Position numbers and translations under genes: made by a program. Positions 48,603 to 58,197 of a DNA stretch of 59,731 nucleotides are shown piece after piece (the first letter of the stretch is position 1; each line of letters starts with the position of its first letter). The DNA is taken from the IMG/VR virus record IMGVR_UViG_3300025121_000443, positions 1 through 59,731 of that record. One strand, written 5' to 3'. This stretch comes from a virus. Taxonomy: Duplodnaviria > Caudoviricetes. The notes beneath the pieces were generated by a model. It was not told the DNA's origin and searched no databases. It saw only the letters and a list, made by a program, of their open reading frames with translations.

Positions 48603-48889
48603 TCATCCTCCTTAGGATTATCCCATGGATTTTCACCCATGAAACGAGACATAGCCCAACCGTTGTTCAATAACATGAGAGCTAATCGGTGTTTGCACAC
48701 AAAAAAGTTTCTATGAACATGGTCAGGACATGTACAACTTTCAAGAGTTGTATAATATTTAGTTTCTTTATTTCTGCGCTGAGCTAATCCCAACGCTTTC
48801 CTTAGACGATTGATTTCGAATCTAGGATAAACTGTGGTATCGCCTTTGAGAATATTATATCTCTTGAAGATATTAGATTTATCACTCAT
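48599..48889 (-). CDS. SWIM zinc-finger protein
   Basis: CTCPD.......CKH motif. Confidence 0.75.
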   Translation of the reverse strand: MSDKSNIFKRYNILKGDTTVYPRFEINRLRKALGLAQRRNKETKYYTTLESCTCPDHVHRNFFVCKHRLALMLLNNGWAMSRFMGENPWDNPKEDE

Positions 48890-48909
48890 TTGTCCTCCTT
48901 TAGGACGGG

Positions 48910-48949
48910 AACAGGTTACACCGCAATAATCATATCGGTGTAACCTGTT
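48910..48949 (-). terminator. Hairpin downstream of 48980-49474 gene
   Basis: AACAGGTTACACCG / CGGTGTAACCTGTT 14-bp perfect stem. Confidence 0.5.
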
Positions 48950-48979
48950 TCAAAATGTGGCGTGACGTACTAAACGTGA

Positions 48980-49474
48980 CTACTGCACAACTTCTCCAGT
49001 ACGGGGATCACGTGATCCTTTGGCTATCCAAACTTTATCTTCGGTGACGGCTTTCTTTAATTTCACTTTCTTGCCGCCCTGCTCCCCTTCGATTTTTTCT
49101 TTCTTTGGACGCCCTTTGCGCTCAACTTTGTGGAATTCAGGATCATTCAAAAGCTCAACACCTTTGGTAAGGATTTCCGGAGATCCATATTTTCTTCCAC
49201 CAACATAAACTACCTGGAATACTGGAGCCCACGGATCGTTGGCAGCTCTATCTCCACCCATAGCGGTGCAGATACGTGATTTCTTCACGCCCAACTCCAC
49301 AGCTTTTTTCACAATTTCTGACATTACTAAGTAACCTTCAGGAACTGCATCAACTGAATGTTCGGCTAAATGTTTAGCCCATGATTCCGGTGTCCACTTG
49401 TTGGACAGTCTTGGTTCCTTAGGAACTTTGACTACTTTTTCCTTTTTTACTTCCTGTTTTACTTCTTGTTCCAT
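48980..49474 (-). CDS. Lys-rich protein, paralogue of 58198-58655
   Basis: Shared PEG...MS...A...G......A.GGD.A...F.VVYVG..KY..PE.LTKG..LL; AT-hook-like RKGRPKK. Confidence 0.65.
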   Translation of the reverse strand: MEQEVKQEVKKEKVVKVPKEPRLSNKWTPESWAKHLAEHSVDAVPEGYLVMSEIVKKAVELGVKKSRICTAMGGDRAANDPWAPVFQVVYVGGRKYGSPEILTKGVELLNDPEFHKVERKGRPKKEKIEGEQGGKKVKLKKAVTEDKVWIAKGSRDPRTGEVVQ

Positions 49475-49496
49475 TTTAGTGCTCCCTTTCTTTTAC

Positions 49497-49563
49497 TATA
49501 TCGAATTTTTCGGCATTGCGTGCCAGCTATAAATAGTATACCAAAGAATGCATTCATTTACAA
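49497..49563 (-). promoter_or_regulatory. Leftward promoter plus leader motif
   Basis: TTGTAA-17 bp-TATACT (49563-49535); AAATTCGATATA before RBS. Confidence 0.7.
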
Positions 49564-49753
49564 TAGGTAAACCAAAAATGATACATTCTACGACCAGTGC
49601 TTAAGCACTAACAATATATACCCCTAATGAGATTTATAAGGGCAAAAATAGCCACGTACGAATTCGTAACTTATATGTTGGGGCAAATATACCCTATAAG
49701 TTTCATAACACCGTAAAATGGCTATTTTTGTGCCTACAAAAATTGATACCAAA

Positions 49754-49960
49754 TTATCGATCCTGAACTACCTCAGCCATTAATCTTGAAGCCAGCATGA
49801 TGCTCTCAACGATTAAATTTACCTCATTGGTATTCTCCTGTGTATAGGGAATTCCAGCTTCTTGGAACAGAATTGAAAAATAATTGTTCAGCATACTCTT
49901 CGCTCTATTCACATTGGCATTTGCTGTTTTCACTTTGTCTAAAGCTTCATCATCAATCAT
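49754..49960 (-). CDS. Hypothetical protein
   Basis: RBS GAGGAG. Confidence 0.45.
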   Translation of the reverse strand: MIDDEALDKVKTANANVNRAKSMLNNYFSILFQEAGIPYTQENTNEVNLIVESIMLASRLMAEVVQDR

Positions 49961-49971
49961 TATTCATCTCC

Positions 49972-50175
49972 TCATTTTATTGTTACCCATTTCATACAGG
50001 TCAGTAGAACATTATCGTAATTTCCACTCATAGCTTCTTGCCTGAACTGATCCAATTCTTCTCTTTGAATCCCAGCTTCTCTAAGAGCAGCTACGACACG
50101 ACCGATTATAAAGAAGGCATTACCGTCTTCATTTATCAACTTCACAACTACGTCAGGATATTTTGGCTCATCCAT
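49972..50175 (-). CDS. Small conserved hypothetical protein
   Basis: L..EDGNAF.IIGRV..ALR.AG......F..EA.SG.YD pattern recurrent in phages and plasmids. Confidence 0.6.
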   Translation of the reverse strand: MDEPKYPDVVVKLINEDGNAFFIIGRVVAALREAGIQREELDQFRQEAMSGNYDNVLLTCMKWVTIK

Positions 50176-50506
50176 TGTACTCCTTCCAAATAAAATAAAC
50201 TCTATAAACAGCTTCTAAAAGATCTCTGCATTGAGCAGTAGCTTCCAAGGTAGCCAATCCATGGCTATGAAAACCAACACGTACAAACCATTCATTTCCG
50301 AAACAGCTTTCAATTATTACATAAACATCATGCTCTTTATTTTCATTAAATTCGTTGAGAATTTTCAAAATATCTTCTGCTGTAAAAATAGGGCTGATAC
50401 CTTTGGTTATACACTCATTAAGAAATTTTAGTCTATCCCACTCATTTACAGTTTCTGCGATGGCATTTAAATTAGCTCTTTCTCTAAATCCATATTCATC
50501 TTCCAT
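50168..50506 (-). CDS. Hypothetical protein
   Basis: RBS AGGAGG; coupled. Confidence 0.45.
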   Translation of the reverse strand: MEDEYGFRERANLNAIAETVNEWDRLKFLNECITKGISPIFTAEDILKILNEFNENKEHDVYVIIESCFGNEWFVRVGFHSHGLATLEATAQCRDLLEAVYRVYFIWKEYNG

Positions 50507-50514
50507 ATTTCCTC

Positions 50515-50970
50515 CTACGGAATTAATTTACGCCAACCAACGACAATTCCAGGTTGGAAACGATATACTCCAGAAAGATCATCCCAGAGCTCCAGTTCAG
50601 AGTCATAATATGCCAGATATCTTTCTTCTATATCGCACATATCCCCACGTCTTACTCTTATTTCCGCAATATTTCTATTGTCGTAGCTTCCTGACTCTGG
50701 CAAGCAAATTTTAGGATTTATCCAAGAAGTCAGCTCAGCAATTTTATCTGATTGTCTTTGCGTTCTTCGTAACAATCGTTTGGAAGACTGCAAGAACTTG
50801 GCAATTCTGATTTCTCTTTGTTTTGTTTCCTCTTGAATTGTTTCTGCTCTTTCCATAAGAGTCTCTGCAAAAGCTATTTGAGCTTTTGATTTCTTTCCAA
50901 GAAAGAGAGCATACCCGATTCCTAAAATATAAACAATGAATACCCCAACTGCTACCAATTCCAATATCAT
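50515..50970 (-). CDS. Membrane-anchored protein with coiled coil and DUF551-like tail
   Basis: N-terminal TM helix; WI.....LPE and VVGWRKL motifs. Confidence 0.5.
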   Translation of the reverse strand: MILELVAVGVFIVYILGIGYALFLGKKSKAQIAFAETLMERAETIQEETKQREIRIAKFLQSSKRLLRRTQRQSDKIAELTSWINPKICLPESGSYDNRNIAEIRVRRGDMCDIEERYLAYYDSELELWDDLSGVYRFQPGIVVGWRKLIP

Positions 50971-51028
50971 ATTAATTCCCTTCTCCCGCTCCCGTCAGGG
51001 GCTGGACTAAATGATGACGGCGATGACC

Positions 51029-51542
51029 CTAGAGTATTCCTAGATAAGAGTTGAAAGATCTGCAGCCAGAATTGTTTTTAGGGTAGAAATATTTGAAGAC
51101 CTTGATACCATCGTCTCCATATTCTGCTATCAATCTTTTGATGGACGAAACTTCTGCAATACCCTTCGTCCAATAATCTTTTGATAGACGAAAATTCTGC
51201 AACACCCTTCGTCCAATATCTGTGATCATCTGACATTTCGAATGTCCAGTCATGTGCTCTAAGCTCGTCACAAAGTCTTGCCAATCCAGCAGAATCTTTG
51301 AAATCGCAAATAACCACATATTCAGATTCTATTGCTTCTGGATTATCGGTAATTGTTAGAGCTGGAATTATTTGCAAAGGACACTCAGGATCTCGCTCTA
51401 AATCTGGGTCTACCGTTATTTTTCCTGGATACTTTACTGAACAAATGTTAGCCATTGACTGTAACATCTTATTACATTTACTGCAAGTTTCCGGAAATTT
51501 ATCTACATCCTTTACACTTTTTCTTACTACAAGTTCAATCAT
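51029..51542 (-). pseudogene. Hypothetical gene frameshifted by a 43-bp imperfect tandem duplication
   Basis: 51132-51174 and 51175-51217 differ at 3 sites; removing one copy gives a 156-aa ORF (C..C...C...CPL; HDWTFEMSDD). Confidence 0.75.
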
Positions 51543-51657
51543 TTTAATTTCCTTTCATTTAAGATATCAAATACTATTTGAAAGCAAATGAGCAATATTA
51601 CTAGAATTGCTCCGCCAGCCAATATTATATCAACATCAAACCATAAAGAATTATCCA

Positions 51658-51954
51658 TTATTCCCCCAAAGTATCTAGCATTTCATCAAGCTCTTGAATA
51701 AGCTCTTTAATCATATCTGGATTAAATTCAATAAAAGCCAGCAAAACACCCTTCATATCATCATATAATTCTTTTGTTTCTTTCTTTGCTTCTTTCAGCT
51801 CTTGAGGTAATTTCTCTACATTTATCTCAGCTGGAACGAAACCATAGTCCGGTACACCCATATCTGCTGACCATTTCGTTATGTGCATACCGAGAGCCAA
51901 TACTGGCTCACCCTCTTTTAGCTGTCCATATTGAACACATTTTAGCAATCTCAT
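51658..51954 (-). CDS. Hypothetical protein
   Basis: RBS AAAGGAGG after promoter. Confidence 0.55.
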   Translation of the reverse strand: MRLLKCVQYGQLKEGEPVLALGMHITKWSADMGVPDYGFVPAEINVEKLPQELKEAKKETKELYDDMKGVLLAFIEFNPDMIKELIQELDEMLDTLGE

Positions 51955-51973
51955 TCAGTCTCCTCCTTTAGAA

Positions 51974-52038
51974 GTGTATATCGAAAATTGGTACAATTTA
52001 CCTGCTTATATAATAGCTTCTTTACATTCAAAATGCAA
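51974..52038 (-). promoter_or_regulatory. Leftward promoter plus leader motif AATTTTCGATATACAC
   Basis: TTGCAT-17 bp-TATTAT; 16/16 match to motif at 41931. Confidence 0.65.
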
Positions 52039-52193
52039 CAATCACTTTTTATCTGATAGCTCATAAAATTTTAGCTTATTTCTAAGTTCATTTATTTCAT
52101 CTTTTAGCTTTACAATTTCTCCATATTTTGCTACCAATAATTCAACCAAATTAGCATGACTTAGACCGCGAAAGAATTCTCTAAGATTATCAC

Positions 52194-52598
52194 TCATTTT
52201 GAATATCCTGCCCAATCATATTCTATTTTTGGTTCCTCAGTCCAACCAAATTGTGAATAATATTCATAATTTTTAGCCAATAATGCAGCACGATGAGTGG
52301 TATGAATATTTCCACCAAACCAGTCAGGAACAACAACTTCACGAATAGACGGAAATCTTTCCATCATAGAATCATTGTAACCACGACTGATCCACTCTGC
52401 ACACATAATAAGAGCATATTGTATCAAGGCATTTTCCCACTTTTCCCACATTTTGAACGCTGGATGATTGCGCCAGCTACTATCTGTATGAAAGCAACGC
52501 CATAATTGATATGCTTCTACTCGCTGCTTACCGAGCCTACGGTAGTCCAACACCTCTGCGGATTTTGCGAAGCTAGGATAGGGTAGAAATGTCTGCAT
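52194..52598 (-). CDS. Pyrimidine-dimer DNA glycosylase family protein (DenV-like)
   Basis: MQTFLPY..F..SA..LD.RRLGKQRVE, HPA..MW, EW..RG, H...LL.K...Y. Confidence 0.85.
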   Translation of the reverse strand: MQTFLPYPSFAKSAEVLDYRRLGKQRVEAYQLWRCFHTDSSWRNHPAFKMWEKWENALIQYALIMCAEWISRGYNDSMMERFPSIREVVVPDWFGGNIHTTHRAALLAKNYEYYSQFGWTEEPKIEYDWAGYSK

Positions 52599-52600
52599 AA

Positions 52601-54260
52601 TTACTCCTGTTCGGGATAACTTAAATAATACTCATCCGTGGTATCTTTCACACGTTTGCAAATATACAAACGTGAATTCAATGGATTTCCTCTACTATTG
52701 TATAATTTCCATCTTTTTACCGTGAAGCCAAGCTCTTTTAGCTTAGCATCAAGCTCTTGACGACTGCTAAAATATTCTAAATGAAATTTGACTGCGTTAG
52801 CCATTACTCTTCCTCATCTTTCTCTATTCTTGGATTGCAGGTCAATCCGAAATAAATTAGAAAAGCAAATCCACCCAAAAGCACAAGAATGGTTGGAATA
52901 AAAACCAACCACCACGACACTTCGATCAATTTGACCAACCTTGCTGCGATCAAAGTTCCTTGCACGACAACATAAGCATAATATCCAGTCCAAAATGTTT
53001 CTCTACTCATTCATCCTCCTCATTTATCAGTTCAAAATCTGATTTAATTTTAATCAATTTCGCAAATACATCTAAGTTATTATCTATATATTCACAGTGT
53101 TTTGTATAAGATAGCTGTACTAGGTTATGTGATATCTTGCATAAAATGTCACCATATAATATATCTAAATGTTTTGTTGCTTCTTTCTTGGTTCTATGAA
53201 GCATTCTATCAAATGTTTCATACAAAATAACTGTCTTCATTCATCATCCTCATCTTCCGGCAAAATATCATCCTCTGGAATCCAGTCAGGTGGCGGTAAC
53301 GGTACGAGCAGGTCTCCTGACAAAAGATTACGCTTAAGGTCTTCTCCTTCTTCAAACCAGAAAAGAAATTGAATATCATCATTTGCCAAGTGTTCCACCC
53401 TACGAAAATACTCTACTGCTTCTTCTCTACTTTTGAATATCATTTCTTTGGATTTGTTTTTCTTGTCCATAAGAAATTCTATTTGCTTGAACGGAAGTAC
53501 CTGCAAGCATGGCGTTCTACCTACGTATCCACTCATATTTTATCTCCTTTCCACAAAATGGACAAAATTTATATGATGCTGTAGCTGATCTTGTTGCTGA
53601 ATACATAATTTGCTCGTTGCATTTAGTTATGATATCTTCATACGTTTCAGGATTCTTTTTCCATACGCACTTTTCTTTTGCACATTCTCTAGTACGCATA
53701 TCATGTGCAAATTGAAGCAATCTTCCTCTAGCTCTTAGCATTTTATCCTCCTACAGCAGGGCAAAAATGATAGCTATAATTACAGCTAAGATAATCCAAA
53801 TTACAATTCCAAGAGCTGTTATTGCTCCGTACGTTACCAACACTATTTTCAGCAATTTGCTGATTACCGATTCTGTTTTTCTTTCCATGTTATCCTCCTC
53901 TGAATAAATACATGAGCAAATAAATAATAAAGAAAGCATAAATACCGATGACTATAAAATCTATAGCTTTAAATCTTTTGTTGTTCATATTACCTCCTAT
54001 TCTAAATTTTCTGCCCTAATCCACAAACCAAGATACTCCGGTAGATGAAATGGCGGGTGATTATCACCCTCATAACTATAGAATTGTGGCGGCTGACCTT
54101 TTGAAGGCGACCCATCCAACTCACGTGATTGCCATACTCTACCATAATACCACAACGGAGTACATCCAAACTCTCCACATAAGAGCCAGCAGAAAACTCC
54201 ATCCTGTGGTATACCTCTCGTAGCTTCACCGCTAAAACCCATGTCTATTATAGCTCTCAT
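52601..54260 (-). other. Run of short, tightly coupled leftward hypothetical genes (52601-52804, 52804-53010 membrane, 53007-53240, 53237-53536, 53517-53741 Zn finger, 53751-53888 membrane, 53997-54260)
   Basis: AGGAG-type RBSs and stop/start overlaps; no function recognisable. Confidence 0.5.
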
Positions 54261-55744
54261 ACAAATACTTTTGCCAATTTCGAAATGGAAGCTACAGCTT
54301 GCTCTGAGGTCTCTTCCATTATGGTAGCCATTACCGCTAGAAATATCTCGTCGTGTGTACTGCGACTTAGATGTGCTGCTTCATGACATGCAGATATCCA
54401 CATTTTCATAATTCGTTGTACACCTGTCTCTACACTCAATACCATTTTGGGATTAATTGCAAAGAAATGAAGCCCATAATTGCGCTCATAAGAAGCTTCT
54501 TGATGCTCTCTACCCAACAAGCCCAGAGCGAATTCAAAGTCCTGTGGCAAGATAATAGCCAGCAACTTTTCCCAAACTGCTAGAACTTTAGCCGCTCCTT
54601 CGATTGCAACTTCATCCTCTTCTGTGTAATCATACAATTTGAGTAGAACATTATCTTTGGTATTATCCACATACTTGGTAGGATTTTCAGAAGTATTCTT
54701 AGCTGCTTTTATAGCTGAGTGGATACTATCCTCCCAATCCTTTACTTTTTCTTTTATGGTATCTCCACTTCCAAACGACCAGACCTGTTTCCGCTTGCCA
54801 GTACACAATCTACCGAATATTACAGATGTATCCATATCAGCAAGATCAATAGCATATTGTACCGTCATCGGATTTTCGGCTATTGAGCGAAACCAGTTAT
54901 GCACGTCTGTTCTAAGAGAACCCACAAGATCCTCCCGCGACATGGTAAATGGATAATCAGAACTGCTTGGATCGCAATTTACATTATCAACGTCGATGAG
55001 AAAGGTCTTTTCAGGAAGGTTGCTCGCATAAGGACGATACTGCACAAGATTATTCAAGCGAACATACACTCTACCCGAGAAATCTGTATTTTGAAATACG
55101 TTATTCTCTGAAGTAGCTAGATCAAAACCGTAACCCTGCCATCCATCACCGTCTACCAATATCTTTTTTGCAATATTCTGGGATAGAAACCCTGCATGCT
55201 CGTCGTCTATCTCTGTACTATAATACGCATAGTGAAAATGAATATCTACATCACTAAGATAAATCATTGCAAGCATATCTCGTTTATAATCCCACTCACC
55301 GCTGACATCAACGGTCACGGTAATGGAGGTACCGTCAAGTGGTTCTACTATATGGATTTCATTGCCTTCAACCAAATCATCAATACTGATAAAGTTATCC
55401 AAGGTATGAACTTCCCAGTAGTTACCACTCATAATCGCAGCTTTGGCAATACCGAATTTGCCTGTGCTATCTGTTCCACGCTTTGAGCTTCCACCCAAGC
55501 ACAAGAAGTCATTGAGCAGCTCTTGCTGAGACATCCCACAGCCATTGTCAGTGCAAGTGATTTTAGCTTCCGTTGCATCCCGAACTACACTTATGGAGAT
55601 CTGTGGTATGACACCTTTGCGTTTGCATGCGTCAACACTATTTTGCAAGAGTTCTCGCACAATAATCGGAATGCTGTGAGAACTGTACAGCTTACGACCC
55701 AACATCTTTATAAGAGTTGGATCTATAGACATTGTAGCTTTCAT
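54257..55744 (-). CDS. GHKL (Hsp90/MORC-like) ATPase fused to C-terminal HExxH zincin-like domain
   Basis: RELLQNSVDA, DNGCGM, GKFGI, GT motifs; CHEAAH....HD..F. Confidence 0.75.
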   Translation of the reverse strand: MKATMSIDPTLIKMLGRKLYSSHSIPIIVRELLQNSVDACKRKGVIPQISISVVRDATEAKITCTDNGCGMSQQELLNDFLCLGGSSKRGTDSTGKFGIAKAAIMSGNYWEVHTLDNFISIDDLVEGNEIHIVEPLDGTSITVTVDVSGEWDYKRDMLAMIYLSDVDIHFHYAYYSTEIDDEHAGFLSQNIAKKILVDGDGWQGYGFDLATSENNVFQNTDFSGRVYVRLNNLVQYRPYASNLPEKTFLIDVDNVNCDPSSSDYPFTMSREDLVGSLRTDVHNWFRSIAENPMTVQYAIDLADMDTSVIFGRLCTGKRKQVWSFGSGDTIKEKVKDWEDSIHSAIKAAKNTSENPTKYVDNTKDNVLLKLYDYTEEDEVAIEGAAKVLAVWEKLLAIILPQDFEFALGLLGREHQEASYERNYGLHFFAINPKMVLSVETGVQRIMKMWISACHEAAHLSRSTHDEIFLAVMATIMEETSEQAVASISKLAKVFV

Positions 55745-55756
55745 TTAATCTCCTTC

Positions 55757-56083
55757 TTAATCGAGGTCTTGTTGTAACCAATATCCGTCGCTTGCTAATT
55801 GGTAGTCTTCTAGTTTGGTATCTTTTCGTACATACTTTCGTGCATAGAAGTAAACGTTCAACCAATGTGTTTCACCAGACCAGCTGTAGCGTAATTTGTG
55901 AAACTGTAGTTCTTCTTTCGGAATACTTTCTCCAATGTTGTCTTTCTTGACCGCTACATGTAACTGTCGCACACCGTAATACGGAGTGCTATTGTTCCAA
56001 GCACGTTCTGGATCTACTCCAATACTTTGTAGAAACTCCCTTGCCTTTTCCAAGTTTTCTAGAATTACTTTTTCTTTTGCCAT
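55757..56083 (-). CDS. Hypothetical protein
   Basis: RBS AAAGGAGG before ATG 56083. Confidence 0.55.
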   Translation of the reverse strand: MAKEKVILENLEKAREFLQSIGVDPERAWNNSTPYYGVRQLHVAVKKDNIGESIPKEELQFHKLRYSWSGETHWLNVYFYARKYVRKDTKLEDYQLASDGYWLQQDLD

Positions 56084-56120
56084 TGTTCCTCCTTTGGAAA
56101 TTGGAAATTGAAATGGAAAC

Positions 56121-56183
56121 GTATATCGAAAATTAAGGGTTTTGTTGCACCTATAGTATAGCTTCTTTTGGTTCACATTACAA
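56121..56183 (-). promoter_or_regulatory. Leftward promoter plus leader motif
   Basis: TTGTAA-17 bp-TATACT; AATTTTCGATATAC at 56134-56121. Confidence 0.7.
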
Positions 56184-56343
56184 TATTCACTTTTGTTATT
56201 TTAATCTTCATTTTGTAAGAATTCTACTCTTGACAGACTCTTGTTGAATCAAGTTTTGTGCTACTCCTCCCGCGAAGCGGGGGTGTTGAGGGTGGCAGCG
56301 ACGATGGTGTTGGCATAAAACTTGCAACTAGAGAGAATTTTGA

Positions 56344-56750
56344 CATGTACTGTACCCTATTTTAATAGATTCGTAAACGTTGCGTGTAGTTTAATATTTT
56401 TTGGCTATACGCAGAACCATGTACTATACCCCACCATTATGATCTTAGAGTGTTACTATTTGGTTACTGACGTTCATTTTTGGAATAAAAAATGGTCAAA
56501 AATGAAGAAAAAAGTGTGGGAAAGGGTATCTGGAGTGAAGGGCTACCATGTACTATACCCTAATAAATCCATTAGTCTACCCAAATCGAAAAGTTTTTAT
56601 ATATAGTGTTTTTTTGTGGGTTTTTAAAATAAAAAGTTTTCGAAAAAAGTAGACATACGGATTTATTAGGGTATAGTACATGGTATTGCGCATAGCCATG
56701 CTCAAAGTCCGTCTACTTTTTGCTCAAAAAAAGTTAAGCTACACGCAGAA
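56344..56750. repeat. Origin-like region: 27-bp perfect inverted repeat around an 88-bp AT-rich spacer plus direct copies
   Basis: TACCATGTACTATACCCTAATAAATCC 56544-56570 and its reverse complement 56659-56685; related copies at 56344 and 56416. Confidence 0.8.
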
Positions 56751-56872
56751 ATCAGTCTTTTCGTACAACCTTCTGTATAATGTTGGAGTTTTCGTTCATT
56801 TTTCACCCAAAACTCCGTTCATTATCTCCATATTCGTCGTCTTTTTAGACATAAATACCATCAATTTTGCCC

Positions 56873-57046
56873 TCAATTTTCGATGTCAGGTGTGGTATGA
56901 CGCTCTCGTGAGTGTGGTATGACCATCTCTCTACCGTTCTCGTCAACCGTGAATCCACAGTTCGCACACACATTTTCGTCATCAACCAATGGTATCAAAT
57001 CTCCACAGTCCGGACATGTTACTGTCGGTACTCGTTTACACATCAT
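56873..57046 (-). CDS. Zinc-ribbon protein
   Basis: CPDCG...CANCG; RBS AAGGAG. Confidence 0.5.
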   Translation of the reverse strand: MMCKRVPTVTCPDCGDLIPLVDDENVCANCGFTVDENGREMVIPHSRERHTTPDIEN

Positions 57047-57413
57047 ACTCTCCTTGAAATGATTCGTTTGTCGTATTCTGGTAGTGCATTTCGCACAAAT
57101 TGCTGACACAGTTTCGTGTCAATCATGTCATGTATGGTATCCCTCAGTGTTTCCCAATTAATCTTTCCACACTGATGGTTACTTCCAAATTTCATCGCTT
57201 TTCTCAATGGCTCAGTCTCGTTCCAAGAGAAACTTGAAATAGTAAGAAGTGGTTTATCGTTATCAAGCAAAATGACTTTGGCACGATAGGTCTCTGGCAT
57301 GTCAAACATGATGGAAAATCTACGTGTAATCTACGTGTGGTATCGTACTCGTATTTGTCTGATAGAAAATCCAGTTCTTTATCCAATCGGCTTACGGATC
57401 GCACGTATCTCAT
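57043..57413 (-). pseudogene. Hypothetical gene frameshifted by an 11-bp tandem duplication
   Basis: AATCTACGTGT twice at 57317-57338; removal fuses ORFs 57204-57413 and 57043-57309 into 119 aa behind RBS AAAGGAGGTG. Confidence 0.75.
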
Positions 57414-57490
57414 ATTTTCACCTCCTTTCGGTGTGGTATATCGAAAGTATCAACATTTCACCCTTCGCAGGTGGCTGTTGGTTCTACCGT

Positions 57491-57751
57491 CTACTTCATA
57501 ACTTGAAACTTGCGCTCGCGTTGGCAATCTAAACAAACGTGTCCTGTGCGGAACATGCCTATTTTCACCAACTTGATATAGTACATGGCGAAACCGCAAC
57601 CACAGATCTCACAGGTTGCCCGTCCACCATCTTTACTATCCCTTGCCATCTGCCTTATTTTAGCAGGTGTCAAAAAGATACGACGCTTTGGCTCTACTGG
57701 CTCGTTATAGTCGTAACCAATTTCGCGCTTTATCACTTTTTTGGGTTCCAT
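57491..57751 (-). CDS. Zinc-finger protein
   Basis: CEICG...VCLDC; RBS GAGG after promoter. Confidence 0.55.
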   Translation of the reverse strand: MEPKKVIKREIGYDYNEPVEPKRRIFLTPAKIRQMARDSKDGGRATCEICGCGFAMYYIKLVKIGMFRTGHVCLDCQRERKFQVMK

Positions 57752-57799
57752 TTCAACCTCGCTTTTTCTAGGGCATAGATGCGCTGCCCTGCATATACT

Positions 57800-57828
57800 A
57801 TTATAGCTTCTGTAGAATCACTTTACAA
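57800..57828 (-). promoter_or_regulatory. Leftward promoter of a divergent pair
   Basis: TTGTAA-17 bp-TATAAT. Confidence 0.75.
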
Positions 57829-57859
57829 GTACCTGAGGGTAATTGAATAAAAATTGAGA

Positions 57860-58131
57860 GTGTGGTATGACCCTCTTGTTCAGGTGTGGTATCTCTCTAA
57901 GAGTGTCTCATTCTCGCCGAAGAATACAAGGCGGTTCTTTCCAATAGATTCATAGTGATTCGCTCTTTTGGGATTCAAGATGATTCGCAGCTCTAAATTG
58001 TTCAAATTCTCTGCTGTAGGCTTTGGCAATTCGCCCCTACCTTTAATTAAAATAAAATGCAACTCTGGATTCATCAATTGTTTCTCCATTTTGCAAAAGG
58101 GCTTGTAAAGCGATTCAAATGAAGGTATAGT
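57860..58131 (+). promoter_or_regulatory. Regulatory cassette 1
   Basis: GTGTGGTAT at 57860 and 57884; GATTCA-N3-TGATTCG at 57947 and 57972; TTGTAA-17 bp-TATAGT 58103-58131. Confidence 0.7.
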
Positions 58132-58197
58132 ATATGTAGCCAGCCGCACAGGGCGATTGGCAACCACAATCTTTTTGCTACCTAAAGGAGGTAAGCT

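Noticed and set aside
51132-51217. Diversity-generating retroelement TR/VR pair
   Set aside because: Only 43 bp, directly adjacent, mismatches not all at adenines of one copy, and no reverse transcriptase in the window.
56322-56922. ORFs 56322-56606 and 56680-56922
   Set aside because: No RBS, translate the repeat/AT-tract region; probably non-coding.
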